Shown piece after piece: positions 17,409 through 25,978 of a stretch of DNA of 59,390 nt (the stretch's first letter is position 1; each line of letters starts with the position of its first letter). Source of the DNA: a bacterium (GTDB taxonomy: Bacteria; CAIJMQ01; JAADFP01); assembly GCA_027021085.1 (NCBI GenBank), contig JALUVB010000053.1, positions 1 to 59,390 on the forward strand, in the 5' to 3' direction. The notes beneath the pieces were generated by a model. The model was given only the letters and a program-made list of their open reading frames with translations. It was not told the DNA's origin and did not search any database. The position numbers and the translations under genes were made by a program.

Positions 17409-18503
17409 TTAGCCTGCACCCTTGTCCACAAGTTCTCTGTAAACTGCCAGGGTGCCTTCTACCATTCTCTCCGGCAAAAAGTTTTGTACCCATTTCTTGC
17501 CGGCCAGGGAAAAGCCGGCCATTTTTGTTTTATCCTTGAGAAGTTTGATAACCGCGCCACTCAGAGCCTCAGGGTCACGCGGAGGAACCAGTATCCCCGT
17601 CTCACCATCCCTCACCACTTCCGGTATGCCTCCTGCCAGGGTACTCACCACCGGAATTCCCATATACTGCGCCTCCAGCAGAATACTGCCCAGTCCCTCC
17701 ATATGAGAAGGCAGGACAAAAACATCCAGGATGGAAAGTATCTCCGGGATATCCTCCCGGAAACCGGTGAATATGACTTGCTCTGTTATTCCCAGCTTTT
17801 TAGCTTCTTTTTTTAGGTGGTTTCCTAGTTCTCCCTTGCCTACCACAAAAAACGTTGCCTGGGGAAACTCTTTCAAAATAGCAGGGATAGCTCTCAGCAG
17901 ATAAATGTGCCCCTTGTGGTCAGTGAGATAAGCAATGGTGCCTATAACAGGATGCCCGGGAGAAAATTCCCTGTAGAGATAGGAATTATTCCCTCTCTTT
18001 TCCAGTCTGTCCGGGTCAAAGGCGCTGGGGACATAGCGTATTCTTTCCTCCGGTATCCCTATGTCTTTAAGTATTTTCTCTATGGCATGGGATATGGCAA
18101 TAATAATATCTACCAATCTGCGGTATTTCCAGCGCGAAAGCATCCCCCGGGGAGGGAAATCAACCCTGCGCGTTACCACTATCTTTCTACCGGCTATTCT
18201 CCCCGCAAGTCCTGCCAGTGAATGTGCGTGGGAGGTGTGGGCATGCAGAAGGTCTATTTTCTTTTCCCTTATCCACTTCACAATAACATTTATAGCCACC
18301 AGGTCTAATTCACTTTTAAAATTTATCTCTTTTACCTGGATGCCCAATTCTTTGGCTCTTTTTCCCAGGGTGCTTTCGGGGGGAGAAATCAGGAACGATT
18401 TTACTCCTTTCTCCTTCAGCCCCTTCAAAAGCAAATAAACCTGGTTCTCTCCTCCCCGCCAACCGTATTCAGTATGCAGATGAAGAATCCTCAAGTAGTT
18501 CAT
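17409..18503 (-). CDS. Glycosyltransferase family 4
   Basis: PSHMEGLGSILLEAQYMGIPVVSTLAGGIPEVV signature. Confidence 0.85.
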   Translation of the reverse strand: MNYLRILHLHTEYGWRGGENQVYLLLKGLKEKGVKSFLISPPESTLGKRAKELGIQVKEINFKSELDLVAINVIVKWIREKKIDLLHAHTSHAHSLAGLAGRIAGRKIVVTRRVDFPPRGMLSRWKYRRLVDIIIAISHAIEKILKDIGIPEERIRYVPSAFDPDRLEKRGNNSYLYREFSPGHPVIGTIAYLTDHKGHIYLLRAIPAILKEFPQATFFVVGKGELGNHLKKEAKKLGITEQVIFTGFREDIPEILSILDVFVLPSHMEGLGSILLEAQYMGIPVVSTLAGGIPEVVRDGETGILVPPRDPEALSGAVIKLLKDKTKMAGFSLAGKKWVQNFLPERMVEGTLAVYRELVDKGAG

Positions 18504-18712
18504 AGTAAAAATTAGATTTTCAGGTAAGCATAAAATATAAAACTAAGTTGTGAGCCATCCTAATACCTCGCTCTTTTTAAACTTTAAACACAAAAGGTAA
18601 ATCAAGGAAACCAGGATACTTTTTCCCGACTTATATCGGGAGAAGACAGCCGGGTAAGGAATTAAATCTACCCTCACTGCTACCTAATGATTTCGTATCC
18701 TGCCCGTTCAAC
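18504..18712. repeat. Degenerate member of the mosaic intergenic repeat family
   Basis: It contains GTTGTGAGCCATCC and the hairpin CCCGA-N6-TCGGG, both also seen at 23215-23250 and 44225-44250. Similarity is weak. Confidence 0.3.
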
Positions 18713-19558
18713 TCATTCCAGGTCAATAACATCCACCCTATCCAGGGAAAATTCTACTACAAACATTTTGTTATTCTTGCGGTCTATGGTAATACCCCGG
18801 GGAGAGAAAAACGTGCCAGGGAAGGTAGATACCCGGCCATTCTTGTCCAACCGGAATATCCTGCCGGTGGAGAAATCGGTAAAATAGAGGTTGCCGTATT
18901 TATCGTAATCCACATCCTCCAGGTAACGATAATAAGTTCTTTTTTCCAGTAACCGGTGGAACTTTCCCCCTTTTTTGTATTCCCAGATATTACTTCCCCG
19001 GGAAGAGACGATAACAAGCCTGCCGTCAGGCAAAACCGCAAGACCAGTAGGTCCCTTGAGCAGGGGAGAATGCAAGAACTTACTCACTATAATTCCTTTC
19101 CCCAGGGTTACCTGGAAGATTGCATTCGCAGCTGCATCCGAAACCAGAAGCTCTCCCCTCCGGGTAAAAACGAGGTCTACCAGGTACTTAGCTCCATAGG
19201 GGGCCAGGTTTATATTCTGCACATTTATTCTCTTTTTTAGGTCGTATCCTCTGATAGTATCGATATCTGCCACATAAAGGATACCATCCTTTATAGCCAT
19301 CCCTTTGGGAGCATCAAGTTCATAGTCATTAAGGGCACCATCCAGAAAATGCAGGGTTACTACCTTAAAATCCGGGGTTATACGAGAGATAAAACCATTA
19401 TCATCCCTGGCCACAGGCGCACCATTCACATTGGAAACGTAGATATAATCCGTAGCAGGGTCAACAATTACCCGGTTCGGATTTTTGAAATCACGCAGGT
19501 AAAAAGCAAAAAGCAAGGCAGGAATAAGGAGGAAAACCAACAGAGAAATGTTTTTCAT
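18713..19558 (-). CDS. Secreted beta-propeller protein (NHL / SMP-30-like repeats)
   Basis: N-terminal signal peptide MKNISLLVFLLIPALLFAF, and repeated ...G.LYV.D... blades. Confidence 0.55.
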   Translation of the reverse strand: MKNISLLVFLLIPALLFAFYLRDFKNPNRVIVDPATDYIYVSNVNGAPVARDDNGFISRITPDFKVVTLHFLDGALNDYELDAPKGMAIKDGILYVADIDTIRGYDLKKRINVQNINLAPYGAKYLVDLVFTRRGELLVSDAAANAIFQVTLGKGIIVSKFLHSPLLKGPTGLAVLPDGRLVIVSSRGSNIWEYKKGGKFHRLLEKRTYYRYLEDVDYDKYGNLYFTDFSTGRIFRLDKNGRVSTFPGTFFSPRGITIDRKNNKMFVVEFSLDRVDVIDLE

Positions 19559-21339
19559 CTCCTCTCCTTCTCAAAAAATTGCAATATTTTCATCGCCCTT
19601 TTCTTTCCTACACCTGGTATCATGCTTATCTCCTCTACAGAAGCGCGGGAGAGCAAGTCCAGGCTAGAAAACTTCTCTTTAATTCGGGGGAGAAGTTTTT
19701 CTCCTACTCCGGGAATTTCTCCCCAGGCACTTTTGCGGGCAGATTTTTCCCTGAGATGCAAATGGTAACTATGAGCAACCCGATGCGCTTCATCTCTCAC
19801 CCGCATAAGAAGCCTGAGTGCCGGGGAAGAACGAGGAAGCAAGAGAGGGAAACGACGCTGCGAAACATATATTTTCTCTTCCCCCTTTGCCAATCCTACC
19901 ACCGGGATATTAATCCCTCCTCCTCTCAACACCTCCAAAACAGCCCGCATCTGTCCTCTGCCTCCATCCACCAGGATAAGATCGGGCATCGGCTCCTGCC
20001 CCTCATTTACCTTCCCGGTCCTCCTTCTTATTATCTCTTTTATCATACCATAATCGTCCACCCCCTGCACGCTTTTTATCCGGTACTTTCGGTATTCTTC
20101 CTTCAAGGGAACCCCCTTCTCAAAAACCACCCGGCTTCCCACTGCCCATTCCCCCCGCAGTTGCGAAATATCGTAGCCCTCGATTCTGTAAGGCAAACGG
20201 GGAAGATTTAATTCCCTTTGCAGAGAAAGCAGGGGGTCAATCTCCCGGCTACTGCTTTCCCCTTCCTTTAGTAACTTATACTTTGCAGTCGTATTAGCAT
20301 TTTTCAGCAGAGCCTGCATTTCCGCATTGCCCGGGAGAGAGACAGCTATCTTTCTGCCGCTCCTCTCCCGCAGAAATTTTTCTAAAGACTCCTTATCCTC
20401 CACCTCCGATTCGGTAATAATAACCTCCGGGAAGGAAGAACTCCGTGAATAATATTGCAGGATAAAGGAATAAAGTATCTCCCCAAGCGTAGAATGTTTT
20501 ACTCCGGATAATGGGAAACTATCTTCTCCTATCCATCTTCCCTCTCTGATACGCAAAAGGGTAACCATGCCCCTATCCTTCTGGCAGGATACCCCTATGA
20601 TATCCAGGTTTTCCTTGCTTTCCGAGGTGATGGCCTGGGGAGTAAAAAGTTTTTCCAGCGAGTAAATACAGTCCCTTAACCGGGCTGCTTCCTCAAATTC
20701 CAGCTTTTCCGCCTTTCCCCTCATTTCCTTCTGCAGTGCTTTCATAACCCTCGTAGTTTCCCCTTTAAGAAAAGAAATGATAAACCTAATCCCCCTCAGG
20801 TAATCCTCCCGGGAAATATCTCCCTTACAGGGACCGGGGCAACGGCGCAGGGAAAAATTCAGGCAGGGTTTCCCATCAATTTTCTTTTTAGAACAGGTCT
20901 TAAAAGGGAAAATTTTCCTCAAAAACCTTAAGGTGGTACGAGCATCGCCCGCATTTGTATAGGGGCCGAAGTAAAGCGCATTCTGCTCTGTTACCTCCCG
21001 GGTAAGAAAAATGCGGGGAAACTCCTCCTGCCAGGTGACTGTTATGTAAGGATATTTTTTGTCATCTTTCAGCCGGATGTTATAGCGCGGACGATATTCT
21101 TTTATAAAGTTGAATTCCAGTAAAAGTGCTTCATTTTCGTTGGAAGTGAGTATAAACTCCAGGGCAGACGCCTTCTTTAAGAGGATTAATGTTTTGGGAG
21201 AAGAGGAGGATAAGTAGGAACTCACCCTCTTTTTTAAGGAAGAAGCCTTTCCCACATACAGGATTTTTCCTTCTTTATCTCTAAATAGATAAACGCCCGG
21301 ATGGTCTGGTAGCTGTTTTACTTTTTCTTTCCACTCCAC
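19555..21339 (-). CDS. uvrC: Excinuclease ABC subunit C
   Basis: GIY-YIG N-terminus GVYLFRDKEGKILYVGKA, a 594-aa length, and a C-terminal (HhH)2 domain. Confidence 0.95.
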   Translation of the reverse strand: MEWKEKVKQLPDHPGVYLFRDKEGKILYVGKASSLKKRVSSYLSSSSPKTLILLKKASALEFILTSNENEALLLEFNFIKEYRPRYNIRLKDDKKYPYITVTWQEEFPRIFLTREVTEQNALYFGPYTNAGDARTTLRFLRKIFPFKTCSKKKIDGKPCLNFSLRRCPGPCKGDISREDYLRGIRFIISFLKGETTRVMKALQKEMRGKAEKLEFEEAARLRDCIYSLEKLFTPQAITSESKENLDIIGVSCQKDRGMVTLLRIREGRWIGEDSFPLSGVKHSTLGEILYSFILQYYSRSSSFPEVIITESEVEDKESLEKFLRERSGRKIAVSLPGNAEMQALLKNANTTAKYKLLKEGESSSREIDPLLSLQRELNLPRLPYRIEGYDISQLRGEWAVGSRVVFEKGVPLKEEYRKYRIKSVQGVDDYGMIKEIIRRRTGKVNEGQEPMPDLILVDGGRGQMRAVLEVLRGGGINIPVVGLAKGEEKIYVSQRRFPLLLPRSSPALRLLMRVRDEAHRVAHSYHLHLREKSARKSAWGEIPGVGEKLLPRIKEKFSSLDLLSRASVEEISMIPGVGKKRAMKILQFFEKERR

Positions 21340-22820
21340 ACTTCCATCACCTCAAATTTATGTGCTAACCATATGTATAACCCCACTCCCCCGCCTATAA
21401 TAAGTGCCAATTTGCCTATTTCTATTATACCCGATAACTTCCCCATCAAAATGTAAAGGGATAAAGATACCATGATAAGCACAAGGTATATAAGAAAAAA
21501 CTTTATCATCCATTTCTTTTCCATGCTTACTTTGACCTTAACCCGACGTGGCAGGTGGTAGAGAAGCAAAATAAAACCTACCAGGGAAGACAGAGAAGTG
21601 GCCAGAGCCAGCCCTCCCTGCTGTAAGGGTCTTATGAGAATAAGGTCAAACACAATATTGGTTAATATGCTCCATACTCCTATCTTTACCGGAAGCCAGG
21701 GGTGATGAAAGGAGTAGAATACTGTATTTAGAACCCGGGAACCCGCAAAGAAAAACAAGCCAAGAGAATAGAAGAGAAGCGCGGAATATGTCCCCAGTGT
21801 AGAGAGAGAAGTGAATTTCCCATGCTCAAAAAGGATGCTAATTATAGGCTTACCCAGCAGAGAGAGAAAAAGGGTGGCAGGCAGGGTGAGAAAAAGAAGC
21901 CACTTCAAAGCCTGCGTAAGCTGGGAGGAAACTTCCTCTTTCCCTATGCGGGAGAAGAGAGGCAGGGAAACCATGGACATGGCTATCCCGGTAAGAGCAA
22001 GGGGAAACTGCAGCAACCGGTTGCTGTAGTAGAGGGCAGAGATAGCACCGGCAGGAAGAAAAGAAGCCAGTATTCTATCCACCGCGATATTTACATAAAA
22101 TATGCTGGCCCCGAAAGAGGCCGGCAGGAGAAACCTGGCAAAATCAGTTATAACCGGGTGTGAGAACTGAAAATGATAGGTGAATCCTTTTTTTATTAAA
22201 AATGGCAGATGAATAAGAAACTGCAGTACCCCCCCCATCACCACACCCCAGGATAAAGCAAGGAGAGGAGAGGGAAACTTGTTTCTCATCCAGAGAAAGG
22301 CTATGAGGGAAAGATTAAAAAGCAAAAAGGAAAGAGAAGTGCTGATAAAATTCCTGCGGGTAGTAAGGTAAGAAGAAAAAAAAGAGGCCAGGCAGATAAA
22401 AAGAGCAAAGGGAAACATTACCCTGAGAATTCCTACTGCTATCACTTTCTCGGAAGCAGAAAAACCCGGGGCAAAGAAGCTAACTATGTAAGGAGCAAAA
22501 ACTACTCCCAGCACAACCACGAGAAAGAGGGTAATAACAAGGTAATTTAAAAGCACCGAAGCAAACCTGTCTCCCTCTTCCTGCCCTTTTTGTTTGACAA
22601 CACGGGAAAGAATGGGGACAAAGGAAGAACTCAGCGCTCCCTCCCCCAGTATGCGCCTGGAAAGATTGGGGAGTAAAAAGGCAAGAAAGAAAATATCTCT
22701 TCCCCTGTCACTTATCCACATTGCTATGAGAAGGTCGCGGATATATCCCAGGATTCTGGAGAAGAATATGCCGCTGCTAAGGGTAAAAAAACCTCTTTTA
22801 AGTCTTTTATGTATTGACAC
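21318..22820 (-). CDS. murJ: Lipid II flippase MurJ (MviN)
   Basis: N-terminus FSRILGYIRDLLIAMWI...RRILGEGALSSSFVPIL. It is 500 aa and polytopic. Confidence 0.9.
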   Translation of the reverse strand: MSIHKRLKRGFFTLSSGIFFSRILGYIRDLLIAMWISDRGRDIFFLAFLLPNLSRRILGEGALSSSFVPILSRVVKQKGQEEGDRFASVLLNYLVITLFLVVVLGVVFAPYIVSFFAPGFSASEKVIAVGILRVMFPFALFICLASFFSSYLTTRRNFISTSLSFLLFNLSLIAFLWMRNKFPSPLLALSWGVVMGGVLQFLIHLPFLIKKGFTYHFQFSHPVITDFARFLLPASFGASIFYVNIAVDRILASFLPAGAISALYYSNRLLQFPLALTGIAMSMVSLPLFSRIGKEEVSSQLTQALKWLLFLTLPATLFLSLLGKPIISILFEHGKFTSLSTLGTYSALLFYSLGLFFFAGSRVLNTVFYSFHHPWLPVKIGVWSILTNIVFDLILIRPLQQGGLALATSLSSLVGFILLLYHLPRRVKVKVSMEKKWMIKFFLIYLVLIMVSLSLYILMGKLSGIIEIGKLALIIGGGVGLYIWLAHKFEVMEVWSGKKK

Positions 22821-22871
22821 CTTTCTCGGGCTATGGTAACATACCCACTCTCATAGAGTAAAGGAGAAGAT

Positions 22872-23150
22872 ATGGCTAAGAAATCGTCCGTTAAAAAGGT
22901 TAAGCAGGCAGAAAAAAGGAGCCTGCGGAACCGGGCATGGAAATCTCGCATTAAAAATGCCTGGAAAAAGTTCCAGCAGATACTGGAGACAGGAAAAGAT
23001 AAAAAAGAGCTGGAATCTGCCCTGAGAGAAATGCTGTCTCTCATTGACAGAGCTACAAGTAAAGGGATATTCCATCCCAATAAAGCAGCCCGGATAAAAT
23101 CAAAGATTCACAGGGCATTCAATCTTAAGACACTGGCTGAAAGCAAGTAA
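22872..23150 (+). CDS. rpsT: 30S ribosomal protein S20
   Basis: MAKKSSVKKVKQAEKRSLRNRAWKSRIKN...HPNKAARIKSK. An AAGGAG Shine-Dalgarno lies upstream. Confidence 0.95.
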   Translation: MAKKSSVKKVKQAEKRSLRNRAWKSRIKNAWKKFQQILETGKDKKELESALREMLSLIDRATSKGIFHPNKAARIKSKIHRAFNLKTLAESK

Positions 23151-23509
23151 TACAGGTTTGACACCAAATATACAGGAAGAAACGAAAATACAACAGCAAC
23201 AAAAACAGGGTTGTGAGTCATCCCCGATGTCCATCGGGCTCGACGTATGTCGGGGCGCCTATTCCCCCATGTTAGACTATAGACATCAGACTTTAGACAT
23301 TAGACGGGAAAGACACATGATATGGGGAACCAACTCACCATTCACTGCTCACTACCTCCCAGTCTATAGTCCAAGAGTTGTGAGTTGTTAGTTGCGAGTT
23401 GTTAGTTCCACCTGTGCCCCCGCCTGTATTTTGCCTTCTGGATCTCCCCTTTCCCAGTCTACAGTCTATGGTCTAAGGTCTATGGTCTAAAGTCTAAAAT
23501 TCTCCTTTC
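23151..23509. repeat. Mosaic intergenic repeat region R1 (heptamer-tandem modules)
   Basis: Tandem heptamers GAGTTGT and GTCTAWR, including the 146-bp unit at 23355-23500 that is shared with 24288-24412 and 43980-44103. Confidence 0.8.
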
Positions 23510-23989
23510 TCACTGCTTTTTTGTCCACTTCCTTCCCACTTCACGCCACTGCTCACCGAAGCGCTTGAATTCTACCCGGAGCAAATAACCCGGGTAAAGC
23601 CCGAATATGTTAAGGTAAGCCCGTTTAGCCGCAGGATCCACCCTTCTGAAAACTACTATTTTACTCCTTGTATCTCCCGGCTTCAGGTTTCCTATCCAGA
23701 TAAATTTTTCTTTTATTCCCAGCTTGTCACTTATATCCTTTCTGAGCCAGGGGGCAGGGTGAGGACGATACTTCTTGCCCGTATCAGTGGTCAGGGTAAA
23801 AGCTTCTCCCACCTTTACAGGTTTTCTCCCTGCATTGCGGAACCTTACTATGAAAACGCTATAGACCTTATCATTAAAAAGACCCTCTGCTTTGTAATTA
23901 GGATAAAAATCTATTTTTATCTGGAGGTCCGCCCCCAGGAGTTGTGCAAACAGTACCCCCAAAAACAGAATCAACCACCACTTTCTCAT
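23510..23989 (-). CDS. Hypothetical secreted protein
   Basis: Signal peptide MRKWWLILFLGVLFAQLLGA. I recognise no family. Confidence 0.6.
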   Translation of the reverse strand: MRKWWLILFLGVLFAQLLGADLQIKIDFYPNYKAEGLFNDKVYSVFIVRFRNAGRKPVKVGEAFTLTTDTGKKYRPHPAPWLRKDISDKLGIKEKFIWIGNLKPGDTRSKIVVFRRVDPAAKRAYLNIFGLYPGYLLRVEFKRFGEQWREVGRKWTKKQ

Positions 23990-24049
23990 AGTTTAAGTTT
24001 ATCATAAGGAAGCTTCAGAAAGAAGTTCGGGGGGGAAGCTAACCGGGCG

Positions 24050-24450
24050 AGGTGAATCCTGTATCCTGCATTTCCTCTTCCAGTCTAATGTCTATAGTCT
24101 GAAGTCTATGGTCTATGTGCTCTCCTGGATGCCTGCTTTCGCAGGCATGACAGGTAGGGCTGGTTTCTTGTCATTCTTGCAAATCCTAACCTCCTTCAAA
24201 AGCTATCCCAGGATACCAGGATTACCAAGATACCGGGATACTAGGAAACCGATTCACTGTTCACTGTTTACTATTTACTGCTCACCACCTCCCAGTCTAT
24301 AGTCCAAGAGTTGTGAGTTGTTAGTTGCGAGTTGCCAGTTCCACCTGCTTCTCCGCCTTTATCCTGCTTCTCCCGGTCTATAGTCTAAGGTCTATGGTCT
24401 AAAGTCTAAAATATCCCCCTCGCTACTCGCTACCCGCTACCTTCTCAGCA
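24050..24450. repeat. Mosaic intergenic repeat region R2
   Basis: Modules in order: GTCTAWR heptamers; hairpin ATGCCTGC-TTTC-GCAGGCAT (24129-24148); CTTGTCATTCTTGCAAATCCTAACC...; a GGATACC-type 8-9-mer run; RTTYACT heptamers; GAGTTGY heptamers; GTCTAWR heptamers; CYCGCTA heptamers. Confidence 0.85.
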
Positions 24451-24470
24451 GGGCCTCGGTAGCATAATAA

Positions 24471-24499
24471 TTGAAAGAAAAAGAATTTTAGTTTAAAAT
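24471..24499 (+). promoter_or_regulatory. Putative promoter of the NSS transporter gene (predicts a leaderless or near-leaderless mRNA)
   Basis: TTGAAA (24471-24476), a 17-nt spacer, then TAAAAT (24494-24499). The ATG is at 24509 and there is no Shine-Dalgarno in between. Confidence 0.45.
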
Positions 24500-24508
24500 C
24501 TTTTCGTA

Positions 24509-25978
24509 ATGGAAGAAAGAGAAAGGTGGAACAACCGGACAGCCTTTGTCATGGCCTCCATTGGTTCTGCAGTAGGCTTGGGGAATCTCTGGAGATTTCC
24601 TTATATTGCTTACAAAAATGGCGGCGGTGCTTTCTTAATTCCCTACTTTGTGGCATTATTCACTGCCGGTATTCCCCTGATGATTTTAGAGTTTTCTTTC
24701 GGACACCGCTTCCAGGGTTCTGCACCCCATTCATTTGCTTCCATAAAGAAGGGGTGGGAATGGGTAGGATGGTGGGCTCTTCTTATCGGATTTGTAATTA
24801 CCACCTATTACAACGTAGTAATTGCCTGGAGTGTGGACTACCTGTTTTACTCCTTTCCGCTTTCCTGGGAAAATAATGCCAAGGATTTTTTCTTCAATAA
24901 ATTCTTAAACATAACTTCTTCGCCTCTTCACCTGGGTGGGATAAACCTACCGATATTGCTGGCTCTTATCGGTATCTGGGTGGCCATATACCTTATTATT
25001 TACAAGGGAGTAGAGCGGGTAGGAAAAGTGGTAATGTTTACTGTGCCTCTTCCTATAATATTACTCGGAATATTGGTAATCAGGGGAATGACTCTTCCGG
25101 GAGCCATGGAGGGAATAAGGTACTACCTTACTCCCAACTTCTCCAAACTTGCTGATCCACAGGTATGGCTGGCTGCCTATGCACAAATATTCTTCTCGCT
25201 TTCCCTATCATTCGGGATATTAATTGCCTACTCCTCCTACCTGCCTGCAGACCACGATGTGAATAACAGTTCTTTTATTATAAGTCTGGCCAATTGCGGG
25301 ACCTCTTTCCTGGCCGGGTTTGCCGTGTTCCCGGTACTTGGCTACCTCTCCCACACACAAAACATACCTATTGAAGAAGTAATAAAAGCGGGGCCGGGAC
25401 TGGCCTTCGTGATTTACCCTACTGCCATAAAATTACTGCCGGTAGCCGCAGGATTATTCTCTTTCCTATTCTTCCTGCTCCTTCTAAGCCTGGGGGTAGA
25501 TTCAGCCTTTTCTCTGGTAGAAGCATGTGTTACGGGAGTAATCGACAAGTGGAAAATAAAACGCATTCCTGCTACTATTATAGTTTCCCTGCCAGGCTTC
25601 CTGCTGGGTATCCTCTTTACCACACGGGGAGGACTGTATTGGTTGGATATTACTGATGATTTGATGAACAAGTTCGGGCTTACATCTGTTGCTATTCTTA
25701 CCTGTATTGTGGGAGGTTATATTCTGGGGGCTGAGAAATTGAGAAGATACGTGAATGCTGTATCAGATTTTCCCATAGGGAGATGGTGGAATTTTTGCAT
25801 CAAGTTTCTTACCCCGGCAATCCTCGGCGTATCCATAATCTTTGTACTGCGTGAAAGGATTGCCTCTCCCTACGGAGGCTATCCCTTAGCTGCCTTGGCT
25901 ATAGGCTGGCTTCTTTTCTTAGCCTTACCCGCTATCGCCATTATCATTTCTCACCGAGGGAGACCAAGATGCCAGTGA
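24509..25978 (+). CDS. Neurotransmitter:sodium symporter (NSS/SNF) family transporter
   Basis: WNNRTAFVMASIGSAVGLGNLWRFPY hallmark. It is 489 aa and polytopic. Confidence 0.9.
   Translation: MEERERWNNRTAFVMASIGSAVGLGNLWRFPYIAYKNGGGAFLIPYFVALFTAGIPLMILEFSFGHRFQGSAPHSFASIKKGWEWVGWWALLIGFVITTYYNVVIAWSVDYLFYSFPLSWENNAKDFFFNKFLNITSSPLHLGGINLPILLALIGIWVAIYLIIYKGVERVGKVVMFTVPLPIILLGILVIRGMTLPGAMEGIRYYLTPNFSKLADPQVWLAAYAQIFFSLSLSFGILIAYSSYLPADHDVNNSSFIISLANCGTSFLAGFAVFPVLGYLSHTQNIPIEEVIKAGPGLAFVIYPTAIKLLPVAAGLFSFLFFLLLLSLGVDSAFSLVEACVTGVIDKWKIKRIPATIIVSLPGFLLGILFTTRGGLYWLDITDDLMNKFGLTSVAILTCIVGGYILGAEKLRRYVNAVSDFPIGRWWNFCIKFLTPAILGVSIIFVLRERIASPYGGYPLAALAIGWLLFLALPAIAIIISHRGRPRCQ

Noticed and set aside
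16825-17493. Longest-ORF start of the gmhB-like gene (222 aa)
   Set aside because: The extra 41 N-terminal residues (MGTKLFAGENGRRHPGSLQRTCGQGC...) overlap the upstream glycosyltransferase by 85 nt, run across the 19-nt palindrome, and precede the canonical N-terminal DxDGT motif. I moved the start to 17370.
22724-23080. 118-aa and 74-aa minus-strand ORFs overlapping rpsT and the murJ start region
   Set aside because: They are antisense to the unambiguous S20 gene, with no motifs and no Shine-Dalgarno.
23440-23500. Regularly spaced short repeats that could suggest a CRISPR array
   Set aside because: The period is only 7 nt with no unique spacers. No cas genes are in the window.
24210-24250. 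GGA-rich module (CCAGGATACCAGGATTACCAAGATACCGGGATACTAGGAAACC) as a CsrA-sponge-like sRNA
   Set aside because: The GGA motifs are not presented in hairpin loops, the module occurs in both orientations, and there is no promoter or terminator evidence. This is too speculative to report as a feature.
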